Assembly: GCA_030248215.1 (NCBI GenBank)
Contig: JASANG010000266.1
Span: 310,001-374,000, forward strand
Origin: Enoplolaimus lenunculus
Lineage: Eukaryota
Direction of reading: 5' to 3'
DNA: 64,000 nt
The stretch's first letter is position 1; each line of letters opens with the position of its first letter. A program made the translations under genes and the position numbers. Below are positions 22,901 through 36,299 of the stretch, piece by piece. The notes under the pieces are model-generated. The model saw only the letters and a program-made list of their open reading frames with translations, was not told the DNA's origin and searched no databases.

Positions 22901-25900
22901 CGATTTAGTTTTGGTTAGCTGTTTGTTCCAAGTTTAGCATGTAGGCGAAAACGCTTGTTTGATGTCACGTGCTAATTGCATGTGTTGTGCAGTATCTAAA
23001 ATATGAGCACAATGACCTTTTTCTGTTTTTTCACATAGCTTAAACTTTATGTTGATGCGTCAGTTTGGGTCAGATTTTAAATAGTGTTATTGCAGCCTGG
23101 CAAAGTTGGTTTTTTCAGGCCCTGAGGTTGCTGAATATACGGCACGTGAATTTCCCGCGTTCCTACAGACTCAGCCAAGCTGGAAAAACGGTGATATAGC
23201 TCGCGCTTTGGACGAGGGATTTGTTGCTTTTGACGAAACCATTAAAAGTGACAAGGTTCAAGATTGTAATTATTTTTAGCAGTGTGGATCACTGGCCGTC
23301 CCAGAAATTTTTTCTGTCTTGAGCGGGCGTTTATGTTTTGGAACTCGGGCATGAGTTTTGTAATTTTATCATTTTATCATTTTTGCTTGTGAAAATCAGC
23401 GATATTTAATAGACCCGCCCTTCTGGGACCGCCATTGGTGTTGTTACAAGCATTCTCTTGCTTTTAGATGTCAAAGTAGCCAAAACCACAATTAAATTAT
23501 TATTAAAAGTAAATACACAGCTGAACATTATGGCGTTAACATTATCAGGTGCTATGCAGTTACTTTGGGAATTTAAATTTGATATCCGAATTCTTCTATT
23601 TTGTCAAAATTATGTACTGCGTGCAAGGCTTCTGTTCGAAAAATGGTGTTTATATTACATCGGAACCGAAACTGGAAAGTTTTCTATTGTTATGCTTTTA
23701 AAGCAAATGCGATATTTCAAAATACCGAACACCTGGCAAATTTACAATCCGAATTGGGACTTGATTCAAGCTCGTATTTTTTCCGAATTGTTATTTCGTC
23801 AACGTCTTGAAGTACTGGTTTTGAAATATTAAAACTAGGGATGTGCTGATACCAAAATTTTTCCAATACCGACGCCGATTCATAGATTGAAAATTTGCCG
23901 ATGCGAACTGATACCGATGCCGATTACAACTTTAGTACATCATGCGTAAAGAACACATAGGATACTATATTACTTCATTATGCGAAGAGTTAAACCATAA
24001 CCACCATAAATGATTATAATTTTATCAGAAAGTTTCGTTTCAATTAATTTCTCAAACGAGCTCAAGAAAGATAACAGTTTCATTGTTCAGTCAGACGGAT
24101 GTATACGCTAAGGAGTGAAATTGATAGCATCCCAAAATTGACTATAATGTGCGAAAAGTATCGGCAAAACCTATACCGATGCCGATTAGATAGACGATTG
24201 AATTATCATTTATCTTTTGAGCTCTGGCTGAAAGCTGTCTGCTAAGTTTGAATATCAGCCATGAAGCAAGACAAATCAAGCGTTGCAGCAAACTAAGCAA
24301 ACAATTTTTGGCAAACATATACGTATATTTTGTTACATAGTTTGGGTGTACTGTCTGCGGTTTCATATGAACCATACTTGAGCAGACATATTGTAACCTT
24401 ACGTTTTGTGAAATCCTGCCACATTGGCCTACGCCACTGCCCGGACAAAATTCGTGGCCTCGGAACAGTTCTAACTCCTATTAATTTATAATAAAATCGG
24501 TGGTTCTGAGCGCAGATGAAATTCGATGTGCATTGTTGAATTTTAAAGGGAAGTATGAGTGGACACTTTCTTTCTAGCGTAGTGGTTTTTATTTTTATTT
24601 GTTGAGTTATTTTTAAAAGTACCGAAGTAAATTGAGAGTTGTATATGTTCTCTCACGCGTGCAGTTTGTGTGTCGTTTTATTTTTATAGCAGGTAAATCA
24701 ACTTTCGGTTGTATCTCAGGGTATAGTGTTTTAGGTCAAAGCTGAACTTAAAGAGATGTCAAATAATAAATCACATACTGGTGAGTTCTAGTGTACCTAT
24801 CTTGCATCGTATTTCACTTTTCGATGACATGCACACGGTTTTGCACTGTTGTGTGCATAAGGTAAGGTAGATTCTTTCAGTTGTTTAAGTTAATGTCTTC
24901 GTTTGCTTTCGTGTTAAACCAATACGCTATACTGCTTTTAAAGTACTAGGGCCGAATTGTTCATTTTTATGCGAATCTGAGCGAATTCTTTCGGATGCAT
25001 CGTGGTAATTGAACGGAACAGTAAACAGATAAATCGCAAACTTTCTGCGCCATCTTATTATTTTATCTATTATTCATCCTGCCTCTGTGAGATGTGTTTT
25101 CAGAGAATGGAGAGGCTGATTCAGATTCCGCAGATGAAGAGGATAAAATAGCATTGATTGAAGAAGCTAGAATGCCATTAGACGAAGTGCTTCAACGATA
25201 CGGGTTTTCAATTTCAGGTTAGAAAAAAATTTGTCGCAAGCATTGAGTAGTGAACGGCATAGCTGTGTGCTATTTTGAAGGTTTAATACCAAATAGCTAA
25301 CGATTTGATTGTGTTCATTTACACTTTGCGGTGTATTTAATTTATAAAACATGCAGTACTGGCGCCTATTGCTGCACAGTTTTATATTTGTGGCTACGTT
25401 TTTGTGGTTACATAACAAGTAATTGGCCGCGCACATCGTAAGTGTCTTTTCTGTTACAATCTGTTAAAATCGTTGATCGGCTATTTTAAAAACATCTGAT
25501 GACGTGATTTATGCTAAAGTTGGCTTCAAGTATGTGCACGGCCCTTGATGACATGTTTTAGGTAGACCTAATAAAGGACCAGGGACTTTGTTTGTGTCTC
25601 CGTTGGTTCGTGTTAAAGGAACAAGAACTTGTCAAGGAATTAAACGTCAGGTAATGCTGTTATGACTCCTATTTTTTGGTTTTTGTAATACAACAATTTA
25701 GTAATCAGTACGCAGGGATAGACAGTCTCGGTCAAAAAAGCGGGACCGAGACTTTTGGTCTCGGTCCTGTCAATTTTTAACTGTTACCGAAAATAAGATT
25801 TTTGTAACACAAGTTTTGAATATTTTTATCGGCTCAGAATTGCCATTTAATTCATACATATAAACTAATAAATATTAAATTTATCAGTTAGTAATGGTGG

Positions 25901-28900
25901 CATAAACGCAACGATTGAAATCTTCACAAAACTATCACCAACTTCAATAAATTGTTACAGACGGTGCACCCATATGAAAATGAAGTTAGCGGATTATATG
26001 TGACCGTCAGTGCCAATATTAATGAAAACGTAACTTGGTGATGAACTCTGTAAAAGCTCAATCGCTTTGCTTGTGCTGTGCAATTTTATTAACTTGTTCA
26101 GTTTCCCGCGTCCATACCTAAGCTGAAGCGTAAACCTAAGCCTAAACCATCCATGTCATAGTGTAATGAAATAATCGCTTTGGGAGAACTTGAGCGTATA
26201 TCAAAACAATCATAGTGGGAGAACTTAGCGTATATCAAAACAGTCATAGTGTGAAGGGAGGTAAACAAGTACCCAATTTTAAGTAATTCACGTATATACA
26301 TTTACGTACTCCTAAATATGCGCAAAACATTTCTACGTCTTTTCTTCAGCTCAAACTAGTTCATCTAATAGCAATTGTTTATCGCTTTTTCACCTGTTTG
26401 GTGTCGATTTGCAAACCGCGGACACTAAGAAAAAGCGAGATAGACACCAGACAACTCTCGAGACTTGCCGACACCGAGACCGCTCATACCTGTCAGTAGG
26501 ATTGTCACAATATGTCTTATTTTTGCATAGGTAGCAAAGCATTATTTAACCTGTTTAAATTTAAAGTGTGACGCTGTGAGACTTTAAATTCATAATGTGA
26601 ATATAGCCGATTCAAACGGACCGTATTGCGACGGGGGAGTGTTTATAACTGGTTAATGAGGGTCTGAAAAAGTTCAAGTTGAACAGTCTTGTTGATTGCG
26701 TGCGTTTATTAATGGCGTTTGAAAAATACGTTTTAATATTTACGGTTAACTTCATTTTAAGCGTGAAGTAAGCGAGACTAACGAACCTCCGCAAGAGTCC
26801 ACCGAAGAAACGTCTACTGTTGGTGGTGTTACGTCAAAGGATGCTTGTAAATCGAAGCCTGATAAAAACGGTATGCAGACCGTGTTGGAAGAAAACACTA
26901 TCGATGACATAAATCAAAATTCCTGCAATAGCGAGCAAAAACAAACAGACAAAACAGCAACAGAAGAGGAGACCAAATCGATGGCCGGTGATAGTGGCGT
27001 AATCAACGGTAGTGGTAGACCAGAGGAAAATAAGAGCGAGAAACCTAATGTGGCCGATATGTCTTCAATGGAGTGCACTGCACTAGCTCAAAGTCCGAAG
27101 CCAAAGCGCGCTAGAGAAAGCAGTGGTGAGGCGAAAGAATCGTGTCAAGATCAGGATCATGCTATGAATAGTTTCAACAGTGCTACTGATGTAGAGAAAA
27201 TTGTTGAAAACACTCCTACAAGCACTGAAATAGATACGGTTAACACAATCAACACTGAAGGTGTATTTAAGCAAGCAAATGAAAGTGTTGTGCGTGATGA
27301 AATCGGCAAAAGCTCAGAAACTTATCTAATAGAATCGTGTGATGGGGAGGCTTCGTTCGATTCTGAAAAATTCGACGATCCTAGTGCGAAGAAATCTACT
27401 TCATCAGCGTGCAAGAAATCCGATAAAGGAAAAGGACTGGTTGTTAAGTAAGATGAACTCTTTACTTCACTACACGGAGAGGAATCTTGGATTATATAAT
27501 GTAATTTTAAGTCAAAAATAGAAGTATGAGATAAACAATTAAACAATAATTAAGTTTTGGAGCATAATCGTTCAGCAGACAACTCTAAAAGTATCAGATG
27601 CAGCGCTAGATCAGTAAATGGAGATTCCTGAAGTATTTCAAGATAGTAAGTATAATCTGTATCTGTAAATAGATGTACTAAAATTTTATACTAATTTTTG
27701 CAAAATTATAATTCCGCTAGGTTTCAAAATCGAGTTCCTGTTAGTGTGACCCGGCTTTGGTTAGTTCTACATATTTAATTATTGCAACTATCAGCTAAAT
27801 AATATTACTCAGTGTTGAGACTTTAGTTAACAGTTTATCTCTTTTTACAAAAACTCCACTTCAATCTTGACACACTGCAAAGTGCTAACTGGAACAAGGA
27901 TTTATTGTAATATTCAGATTTTTCTCGGCGCCAATTTTGAGGCGAGTGCGACCGGATAAGTGCGACCGGATAACCAGTTTTGGTTTAATGTCCGGTGAAA
28001 AACCACCATCCGGTTCCTGTATCCGGTCTAAGCATGCCGAATACCTGATACTAAAGTTTTCCATTAATGGGCCAGTGATGTTCTTCACAAGTTCATAAAC
28101 TGCTGCAAGTCAGAATGCTTTCGGCTATTTTAGTGATGATTATTAACGGAGACGAATGTTTACTGGCATTTGTGTAAGCTCTAAATCAGCCGAATGAAAG
28201 TTTAGTTTATTAACAATAAATTATTCTTATAACACAGCTACATGTTAATCACGATCAAAAATAGCAAAGAAATCTATTTCCGGTAAAAAAATCAGTATGC
28301 GTATCCGGTTAAACTAGATGGTAAATCGATATTCGGTCGCATCCTGTTGCAGGGTATAAAGATTTTGCGGCTTAAACCTGACGTTAAATTGCTCTGTATC
28401 TGTATTACAAATGTAGCATAAACTATTTAAAGAGACGCTGCTCGATGCCACACAACGTATATCACGCTACAACTAAACATTAAGCAATTTTAACACGAAA
28501 TAACATACTTCACACAACTTATGAAAATCCGATAAATCATTTTAGTAACAACTTTTAAAAATAATAAAAGGAAATGACAACATTTAGTCTTGGTTTTGGT
28601 TTGTCCGCAATGTGCTTTAGTTTAGGTTTTGATTGGCAATGGAGACCGGTTTCGTGGCACAAACTGCGGAAGAATCTTGTAGCTTTACTGTTATTTTTTT
28701 AGAATCTTATGTATTGCATTTCAGCTGGTATGCCCAACTTGTCATTATATTATAAGCAGTAATCTGATTTGATTTAGATGCTCTGCTTCCGAAACAACAA
28801 GTGGCAGCCAAACAACGACAAAAGTTGTTGTCGGCACCGCTGTTAGCCCGCATGGTGGAAACAGTGCAGTCGATCACAGCAGCGATTCTTCAGACGATGA

Positions 28901-31900
28901 AGATTTCATTCTTGATAGTGAACGCAGTGGTATTCGGATTGGAGATAATGGTGAGATTATTCTTGAGGAGGAAGATGATGATGATGAAGAAGATGACGAT
29001 AATGATGATGATGATGATGATGATGAAAGTGAAGAAACGTCGAGGTTTGTTGGCCAATGGTAGTTTTAGGGTAGTTTCATTTCCTGGTGTTTACACTTTT
29101 TCAACGTTTAGATATAGGCTTTGGAATATACTTTTGCAGTTACTGTTCTAAAAACAACATTGGCGGGTTTGTTTGTAGCACCAGCCGAGCTATTTTTAAT
29201 GGTGTTCGGTCCGCCCGATGCCATCAGGTTACGTATTTGTCAGGGTCAACTAGTACCGGAAAATACGCGGATATGGGGTTGACCTGCGTTTTGCGGTGTT
29301 CGGGAGCAGCGCCGACGTGTGTCATGCTCACAGGGATTTCCGCAATCAAGGATGGTCCAGTGAAGTCTTAGCGCAACCAGATTGCCAATAAACTGAAGCA
29401 AGTAATAGTGAGGTTTAAGGTTAACGAAAGCATAATCTGAAGTCAAATCCATCCAGATAGCAATAAGGCTTCGAATTGAATAGCTTCTCCAACCACAATA
29501 TTAGTGATTCGGAGAAATATATATGCGGGGAGCCTGTCTGAAGCCAAATCCATCCAGATAGCAATAAGGCTTCGAATTGAATAGCTTCTCCAACCACAAT
29601 ATTAGTGATTCGGAGAAATATATACGCGGGGAGCCTGAAGAAATTGTTTGAAACTTAGTAATTAATTTGCGTTTGACTAATTATGCTAGATTTTTATTAC
29701 ACTATGATGACTTGCCAACAAAATTTATTAAATTTCGATCCGCAGTTCCCGAGGCTTGTTTCGGACAGGTAATTGGACTGGATAGTCATGTAATTAAGTT
29801 TCGTCTTCCTATTCATTTCGCAGTTTTCTATGTGTTACTATGTTGCTTTACCTCTATTGCGAGGTGCATATTTAGCTGCTCTAAGTTTGCAGAATCTCAG
29901 TGCTCTACTAGCTGTAAATTGCCAAAGAACATTTGTAATATATTTTCACAGCAATTTTCTGTTGTTGATTTCGGAAGTATTATATGTCTTACTCTTTACT
30001 TGTAGCTCAATTTTCAGCAACATAGAAGATGGCGATCCAAACTCAATCCCTGATCAAAATGGAAATGACGACGATGATGAAGAATATTCATTACCTTCAG
30101 GGGATACAGTAATATTATTTGTTTATTCTCAAGCGTGGGTAGCACAAGATGCAACCGGATTTCCGGTTTCCTTTCCGGTTTCCGCATGAACATTCGGCAA
30201 ATGATAGGCACGTGGCTACGGATAAGAAATCTGGTGTTAATTCGTCGGATATGAACAATAGAAGTTGCATTTTCTGCGATGCCAACCTTTACAAAAAATT
30301 TGTTGCCTTAATAAGATTGATTTCAACATTCCGATTCTGATAAACAATTATCTGTCCCGTGTCCAGTATTTTGGCATCCGGTCACACATTGTTGCAGCAT
30401 ATGTATTGTTAACTATTCCGAGTCCGGTTCTACTAAGGTAGTGTGTAGAGTATACGCTATCATCAAATAGTGATGGGCGTTAATTGTGAATATCGGCCAA
30501 TGAACCAATGAGGGGAGTGAGCAATTTCGTTTTGATTGAATTTCTATGGTCTTTTATAGCATATTCTGTTTTACTTTTAGTAAATATTTTTAATAGTTAC
30601 AGAGATATTAGCGAGTTTCGTTGTCCGTCAAAGTAACGATTTCACCAATCGAACTAACTACTTTCAGCCTGGAATTGACTCTGGTACAACGGCCTGCGTT
30701 ACTGTGCTGCATGATCGAACCTTATACGTCGCTAATTGCGGGGATTCTCGCAGTGTTTTATGCCGAGCTGGAAAAGCAGTGGATTTATCTGTTGATCACA
30801 AGCCTGATGATGAAAAAGAAGTTGGTTGAATGTATATGTTGCTATATAATTTGTACAGTTTCTCGTCATTGTACGTATGCTGTTTTATTCTTTCAGAGAA
30901 GTTTGAATAGTTTCTAGTTCTAAAACCATAACTTTCAATAGCTTGTATTCAAATAATCAGAGCAACGATAAATGAAAACAATATTATCGTTTCCTGCAAA
31001 TTTTAGTTGTGCAATTTGTCTTGAATTTTATTTCAAGAAAAGGAGGATTGAAAACGCTGGCGGTCATATAACATCTGACGGACGTGTTAATGGTGGTCTG
31101 AATATGTCACGAGCTATAGGTGAGATTTTGTCAAACTGATTTTATCGTATTTGACATATAATTTTTTGATGTGATCCTTCACGCCTGACATAAATAAAAA
31201 GGCATGCACGCGGTTCTGAATTTCACACCTGCTATTCAAGTAATTCAGCTTCAATATTCTAGTTTCGATTGCGATTGCAGGTGCACTCTGAAACAGATAT
31301 TGATTTAGCGCATACTGATTGCATATAATAACTAGAGTTGCATCAGGGTCCGGGTATTCCGGTTATTCCGGGTATTTTTGCCGAAAAATTCCGGGTTCGG
31401 ATTCGGGTCCGGGTTTTCGTTTCAATAAATTCCGGGTCCGGGTTTTTATAACAAATTATTCCGGGTCCGGTATTGCAAAAATACCCGGACAAAATAACCG
31501 GAACAAGATTAGCTTAGTGATTTTATTAACATCCCACGCCTACATTCTGAATAGTTACTGTATCGTGCCAAAAATAGATTTTGCACAACCAACACTAATT
31601 GTGTGAAACACTTACGCATACTTTAGAAACAAAACACACCCAACATGTCTCTTAACAGAACTATTGCATGTCGTATGTAAAAGCAAGCTGCAGAAGGAAA
31701 AAGTTGGTCAACAGGCTTCACCTTTGTTGAGTAAGTTAACGTAAGCAGATATACTTGGGTTACGATTACAACGGTTGGAATGGTCGGGATACAGAAACAT
31801 GACATGTCTCATTTTAAGTTAGTAATTTGCCATTTAACTTAAGTTTAGCATCTATCGCCTAAGTCAAAGATTGCTTGGTTAACGATTGCTTCAACGTCCA

Positions 31901-34224
31901 GGAACCTGTGAAAAATGCTATATTGGGATCTAGCTATAGCTTCGCGAAACACATATAAGTCAACTGACTTTGGTCAGGTTCCTATCACTCATCCAAAATT
32001 GTTTAATGTAATCTCGTAGCTAGTCAAACAGTTCTTCAACCATGTATAAACAGAAATTGATTTGGAAGCAATGCGACGAACAGATGCGAAAAGAAATTTT
32101 TATATATCCGTGTGATGTATGGTTGCCCCTGTACAAACGGGCTACGCTGGCATTATAACGTGGATGACCCATTACCTAGGCTGAAGCTATTTTCTGTTTA
32201 AACATCTGAATGGAATATGATCAGCTGGTTGTACTGCGTATTATCTGGAAACTTGGGTTACACTTAAATTCAGGGAAACTGTTACTTCTCTTGCGTTTGT
32301 CCTTGAAAAAAATTAATTAAAAGCACCATTCTATAAAATTATGATCTTTTATAGTTGTTAGGACTTGAGTCGTTGCAGTTGCAATGTATCCTATCTGTTC
32401 TTTAAACATTGTGTATTAAACTTGGAATAGGTATCGGCATCGGTATATCTTCAAAATAATCGATATCGGCACCGGGAAAAAACTTTGGTATCGGCACATC
32501 CCTAGCAAGGATAGTGCATTGTTTTATGATTTACTTGAAATAAATTTTTGTGAATGATACCGATCATTAATATTTTAAATACTGAGCTGTTAGAAATAGA
32601 TGGAGACAGCAATTCTTTCCTATCTTTAAAAAATTAGGATCATGTTTAGTTTTTAAGTAATAAAAATTCAGGGCCCGGGTTTATTCGGAAAATAAATCCA
32701 ATTCCGGGTTTGCATTCTTAAAAATTCCGGGTCTGAGTCCGGGTTTCATTTCTTAAAAATTACGGGTCCGGGCATTTCTTTCAGAAAAATCCGGGTCCGG
32801 GTATTTATTTTTAATTGTTGCAACTCTAATAATAACAACGCTCAGTATGTAAAAGTTATGGGCTTTTAAAATTCATAGTTCCGATTCTGGTATAAATTTC
32901 CTCTTCCGATTCTGGAATAATTCAGTTACGCGTAGCATGTTTATGCATAAACTTCTGTATTTTACCTCGTCAATTTGGTTGATTGATTTTAGGCGATTTT
33001 TTCTACAAAAACAATGAAAATCTCTCACTTCGTGAACAGATGATAACCTCAGTGCCAGACGTCGTTGTGCGGCAACTATGTGGTGATGATCAGTTCTTGA
33101 TTGTTGCTTGTGATGGAATATGGTATTTCTATAATAAGCAATTATAGATATGCGCAGCGCCCATTTGAGTATGTGTGTCGCTGCACCAAAGCAATAATGT
33201 TCAAGCTTAATTGATGTGACGGTGTATATATATAGCTAAACTAGTGCTTGTTAGTTTACTTTAAGGAAAACTGATGAAATCCAGTTTTCAGACTTCGCAG
33301 GTACATCACATAAATCTTCAAAATCTTTATTACTACGACATGCAATTTCAGCAATCTAAAAATACCGTTTCGCTATTAATCGCGTACAGACCAGGTATGA
33401 TCTTATGTTGAAGAATTGTTTAAGTTTGAAATAACAGATGTTGAAATCACCTCACATGCAAGCAGCTGCTGAAATAACCAATCATAGGGAAGTTTTGGAT
33501 CTGTTAATCTTTTTCTATAATTTAATTGTACCTGTGACCTGTGGCATTTTACAGGAATTCAATGTCGAGCACTGAAGCTGTAGAATTTGTTGCTGAACGG
33601 CTAAATGATTCCAAAAACTCGCTTGAGAGCATATGCCGCGAGGTAGGTTCCCTTACGTTAGCTTTGAAGGTTAAAACACTGTCAGAAATTGGAGTTAGCA
33701 GAGATAAGCTGTTGAGTACTGAACCCTACTTTGGTTCAGACTTAAGACGAAGAAAATATTGCGAAGTGTAAGATGGTTGTTACGAATTACTTTTAATTTT
33801 TGTGTGTTAATTTTTCTTTCAATGTCCCACTATGGTTCAAATTTCAAATTACTATTTTGTTCGTTTTTAGATGTGCGATCACTGTTTATCGCCAGATACT
33901 ATAGGTGATGGTGCGGGTTGCGATAATATGACAGTGATAATAGTTAAATTCAATAAAGACTTCGTAAGTTGTTCTCACAGTCTATCAGCTCCGGTCTCAG
34001 AACAGAAGCTATCAACAGAAACAGCTTCTGAATGCATTTCTGGTCATAGTGATTCAATCAATGGCGTGGATAGTGATAATGACCAACTTATTAACGGTCA
34101 GACTGGCGATAGGCTGGTTAAAACGGGTGTGCGCCGTGATGATGAACATTGCAAGCCACAAGACTCTCAACGTGTGCCAAAGGGTTCTATGAAGTCACAA
34201 GATAACTTAGAAGGGTATGTTTAA
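19812..34224 (+). CDS. PPM1G: Protein phosphatase 1G (PP2C gamma) gene, 14 coding exons, ~809 aa
   Basis: Exons 19812-19922, 21129-21198, 23119-23255, 24735-24780, 25104-25217, 25562-25650, 26762-27447, 28778-29044, 30006-30108, 30668-30820, 31038-31119, 32993-33122, 33555-33642, 33871-34224. All introns are GT-AG and phase-consistent; total 2430 nt. PP2C motifs: [80 protein letters not shown] long acidic insert inside the catalytic domain is diagnostic of PPM1G. Confidence 0.96.
21129..21198 (+). CDS. PPM1G: PPM1G coding exon 2
   Basis: tttttcag|[23 protein letters not shown]|gtatgt. Confidence 0.95.
21650..22243. mobile_element. hAT-type MITE in PPM1G intron 2
   Basis: TIR cagggtgcgac/gtcgcaccctg; perfect 8-bp TSD TTATGTAC. 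Confidence 0.88.
23119..23255 (+). CDS. PPM1G: PPM1G coding exon 3
   Basis: [13 protein letters not shown]...[17 protein letters not shown]; phase 1 to 0. Confidence 0.92.
24735..24780 (+). CDS. PPM1G: PPM1G coding exon 4
   Basis: ttttag|[15 protein letters not shown]|gtgagt. Confidence 0.88.
25104..25217 (+). CDS. PPM1G: PPM1G coding exon 5
   Basis: [18 protein letters not shown] matches the PPM1G-specific EEAxMxxEExLxRYG block. Confidence 0.92.
25562..25650 (+). CDS. PPM1G: PPM1G coding exon 6
   Basis: [20 protein letters not shown]...; needed for phase 1 to 0 continuity; donor gtaatg. Confidence 0.8.
25713..26492. mobile_element. hAT-type MITE with GTCTCG/CGAGAC subterminal repeats
   Basis: cagggat...catacctg ends; TSD TCAGTACG/TCAGTAGG (7/8). 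Confidence 0.75.
26762..27447 (+). CDS. PPM1G: PPM1G coding exon 7 (acidic/Ser-rich insert)
   Basis: Long open frame containing ORF 26873-27451; donor gtaaga at 27448 precedes the in-frame stop. Confidence 0.85.
28778..29044 (+). CDS. PPM1G: PPM1G coding exon 8 (poly-Asp/Glu tract)
   Basis: SDSSDDEDF...[27 protein letters not shown]; phase 2 to 2. Confidence 0.88.
29436..29637. repeat. Tandem duplication, 101-bp unit x2 (PPM1G intron 8)
   Basis: Two near-identical copies. Confidence 0.92.
30006..30108 (+). CDS. PPM1G: PPM1G coding exon 9
   Basis: [30 protein letters not shown]; an alternative in-frame start is possible at 30018. Confidence 0.85.
30668..30820 (+). CDS. PPM1G: PPM1G coding exon 10
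   Basis: [14 protein letters not shown]...[32 protein letters not shown]. Confidence 0.96.
31038..31119 (+). CDS. PPM1G: PPM1G coding exon 11
   Basis: [27 protein letters not shown]|gtgaga. Confidence 0.96.
31333..32828. mobile_element. Non-autonomous hAT element in PPM1G intron 11
   Basis: TIR TAGAGTTGCA/TGCAACTCTA; perfect 8-bp TSD ATAATAAC; many TCCGGGT subterminal repeats. Confidence 0.88.
32993..33122 (+). CDS. PPM1G: PPM1G coding exon 12
   Basis: [24 protein letters not shown]...[11 protein letters not shown]. Confidence 0.96.
33555..33642 (+). CDS. PPM1G: PPM1G coding exon 13
   Basis: [16 protein letters not shown]...LESICRE|gtaggt. Confidence 0.94.
33871..34224 (+). CDS. PPM1G: PPM1G coding exon 14 (last)
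   Basis: [27 protein letters not shown] followed by a disordered tail and a TAA stop. Confidence 0.94.
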   Translation: MCDHCLSPDTIGDGAGCDNMTVIIVKFNKDFVSCSHSLSAPVSEQKLSTETASECISGHSDSINGVDSDNDQLINGQTGDRLVKTGVRRDDEHCKPQDSQRVPKGSMKSQDNLEGYV

Positions 34225-35753
34225 TTGGCTAGTATTGGTTCGTGAAATAGCAACTAACTACACTGAAGGACTTGTTAGAAGACAGCGATTGTGTCCTTAG
34301 TATTGAAAGCTTGGGTTGATGGAAGCTAAGCGAAAAAACAACAATGATTTGACTCATTTTGTGTTATAGTGTCCTTGCGAGCTCGGTTGTGTTTATTAGA
34401 AAATGTTTGGTCTAATTTAAGAGTGTTGAATTTTACCGAAATAAGATTTACCAGTTTCATGTGCTGGAAATTAGAATGTGGTTTGAAAAGTTGCAGATAA
34501 TTGTAATAATTTAGCATTAATTTTAACAAGTTCCAATTCCGATTGCAGTCAACCGGAATCGGAATTTTGAAATTTTAATTTTAACCCTACTTTGTTGTGA
34601 TATGTTGCATAAACCTTCTCTCGCTCTCACCAATTGTTTCATGCGACTTTTTCGAAAATTATTGCCAGCCAACAGACACCTTATATTAATCACTGCACGC
34701 TAAATGATAACGTATTTATGGCTATGTAAACTTTTCATGAATATGTCAATGACGAAATTCTGGTATTTAAAGGAGACCCCGTTTTCTTACGTATGTCGGA
34801 TTTTGATATACAACAGGTGAATGTCCAATGTTATGCATCATCCACTTTTAGTTGTCATGCATGTGGAAAATGACGGCGCACTTTAACAAAAGCTGTGGCA
34901 AGTTCTGAGTTGAAACATTTTAACAACGGCAGGTTGAAATTAAAAATCCATACTGAAAAGGAAATTGAAAATCTACGTCAACCCCAGCGGGAAATTGACA
35001 CCCAAATCTGTGAATGAAATTCCCTCTAAGGCAATAAAAGACGACTTTAATTTTACCATTTTTTTCGAAATTACTGTACAATACTTATCTAAATCTACAC
35101 TGTTTCTAGCGGAAATTGTATCTGATCAGGTCATATCTTCTTCCCTCTGCTGTACACATACCTGTCATATATAAGCAACCCCCAAATAAATATACAAAGA
35201 CAACCGTAACTTTAAATTGAACATATATTTCTAAAATATCATCTATATCTACTCTAATATAGAATCAATATTACATTGAATTTCGAAAATAGTTTAGTTT
35301 ATTACTTGTATTAGTTTAAGGACAAGTGTTTGGAATTTGATACCTCAACTTTATCAGATCTTACCAATTTCCCAACACTTAAATTTCGACAGTCGTTGGA
35401 AAATTCAAACGTTTCGAAATTTAATTTCCCGTGCCCCGGTTTTGCAAAACAGTGTTGGAGAAAAACGCGTCACCATTTTTCACATGCTGGCAGATTCCCC
35501 GCCTTAAAATAAGAGTAACTTCCTAAGTAGGTAAATAATTTGGGCATTATTTGTTTTTGGACCGCATCAATGAAATATAACTTGTAAGATTGAAAATTTG
35601 TTCAGTAGAGTGGAATGAACAAATTTGTAGACTAAACCACAGCTCGCAAGGCACGGGAAAATTTCACTAAACGCAAGTTAATCTCATTTTTACGATTATG
35701 TAATTTTTTGTATTTTGCGTTTACTTAATTCAAACAAATAAACAACACGTTCG

Positions 35754-36299
35754 TTACTGAGCGAAGCTCGGAGTTTCGAGAAGCATTTTATGTTTTGTAC
35801 TCTGGGGTCGAAAGGTGTATGTCCGTCTGTCCGTCCGAAAAGAATGTCAGGAACCGCTGAACCGATTTTGATAAACTTTTTTTTGTTTGAAAGCCAATTA
35901 TCGTGGGGTGTTAACCTGGCATTGGAGTTTTAAAATTTTAGGCCGGTTATTAGCTACAGGCAAATTTGCATAATTAGGTCTAAACTAGGACTTACTAATA
36001 CAGTTACAGACAATCTAATTTCAGCACTAAAGGGTTATTGGATGCGAGAAATCTGAATAAATTGTTTTCAAACCTGCAAAACCGATAATTGAATAGTTAG
36101 CTAATAGCCAATTTGCATATTAGCTTAACTGACAAGACAAAATTGGGTTTTTGGGTGCGAGGAATCTGAATAAATTGTTTACAAACCTCCAAAACCGACA
36201 AATGAATTGTTAGCTAATAACTCATTTGCATATAAAACTTCATTGCTTACATGTGTTCGAGCTTCGCTAATACTTACATGTAGTCCCATTACGTCTGGT
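35754..36299 (+). mobile_element. DINE-1/Helentron-associated (HINE-like) non-autonomous element
   Basis: Subterminal inverted repeats AGCGAAGCTCG/CGAGCTTCGCT, (GTCY)n microsatellite, core aaccgctgaaccgattttg, central tandem repeats, 3' hairpin gtagtcccattac. Confidence 0.8.

Noticed and set aside
27575..27650. Extra PPM1G exon
   Set aside because: Stops in all frames tried
31500..32650. hAT transposase remnant inside the 1.5-kb element
   Set aside because: No recognisable transposase motifs by eye; a BLASTX search would be needed
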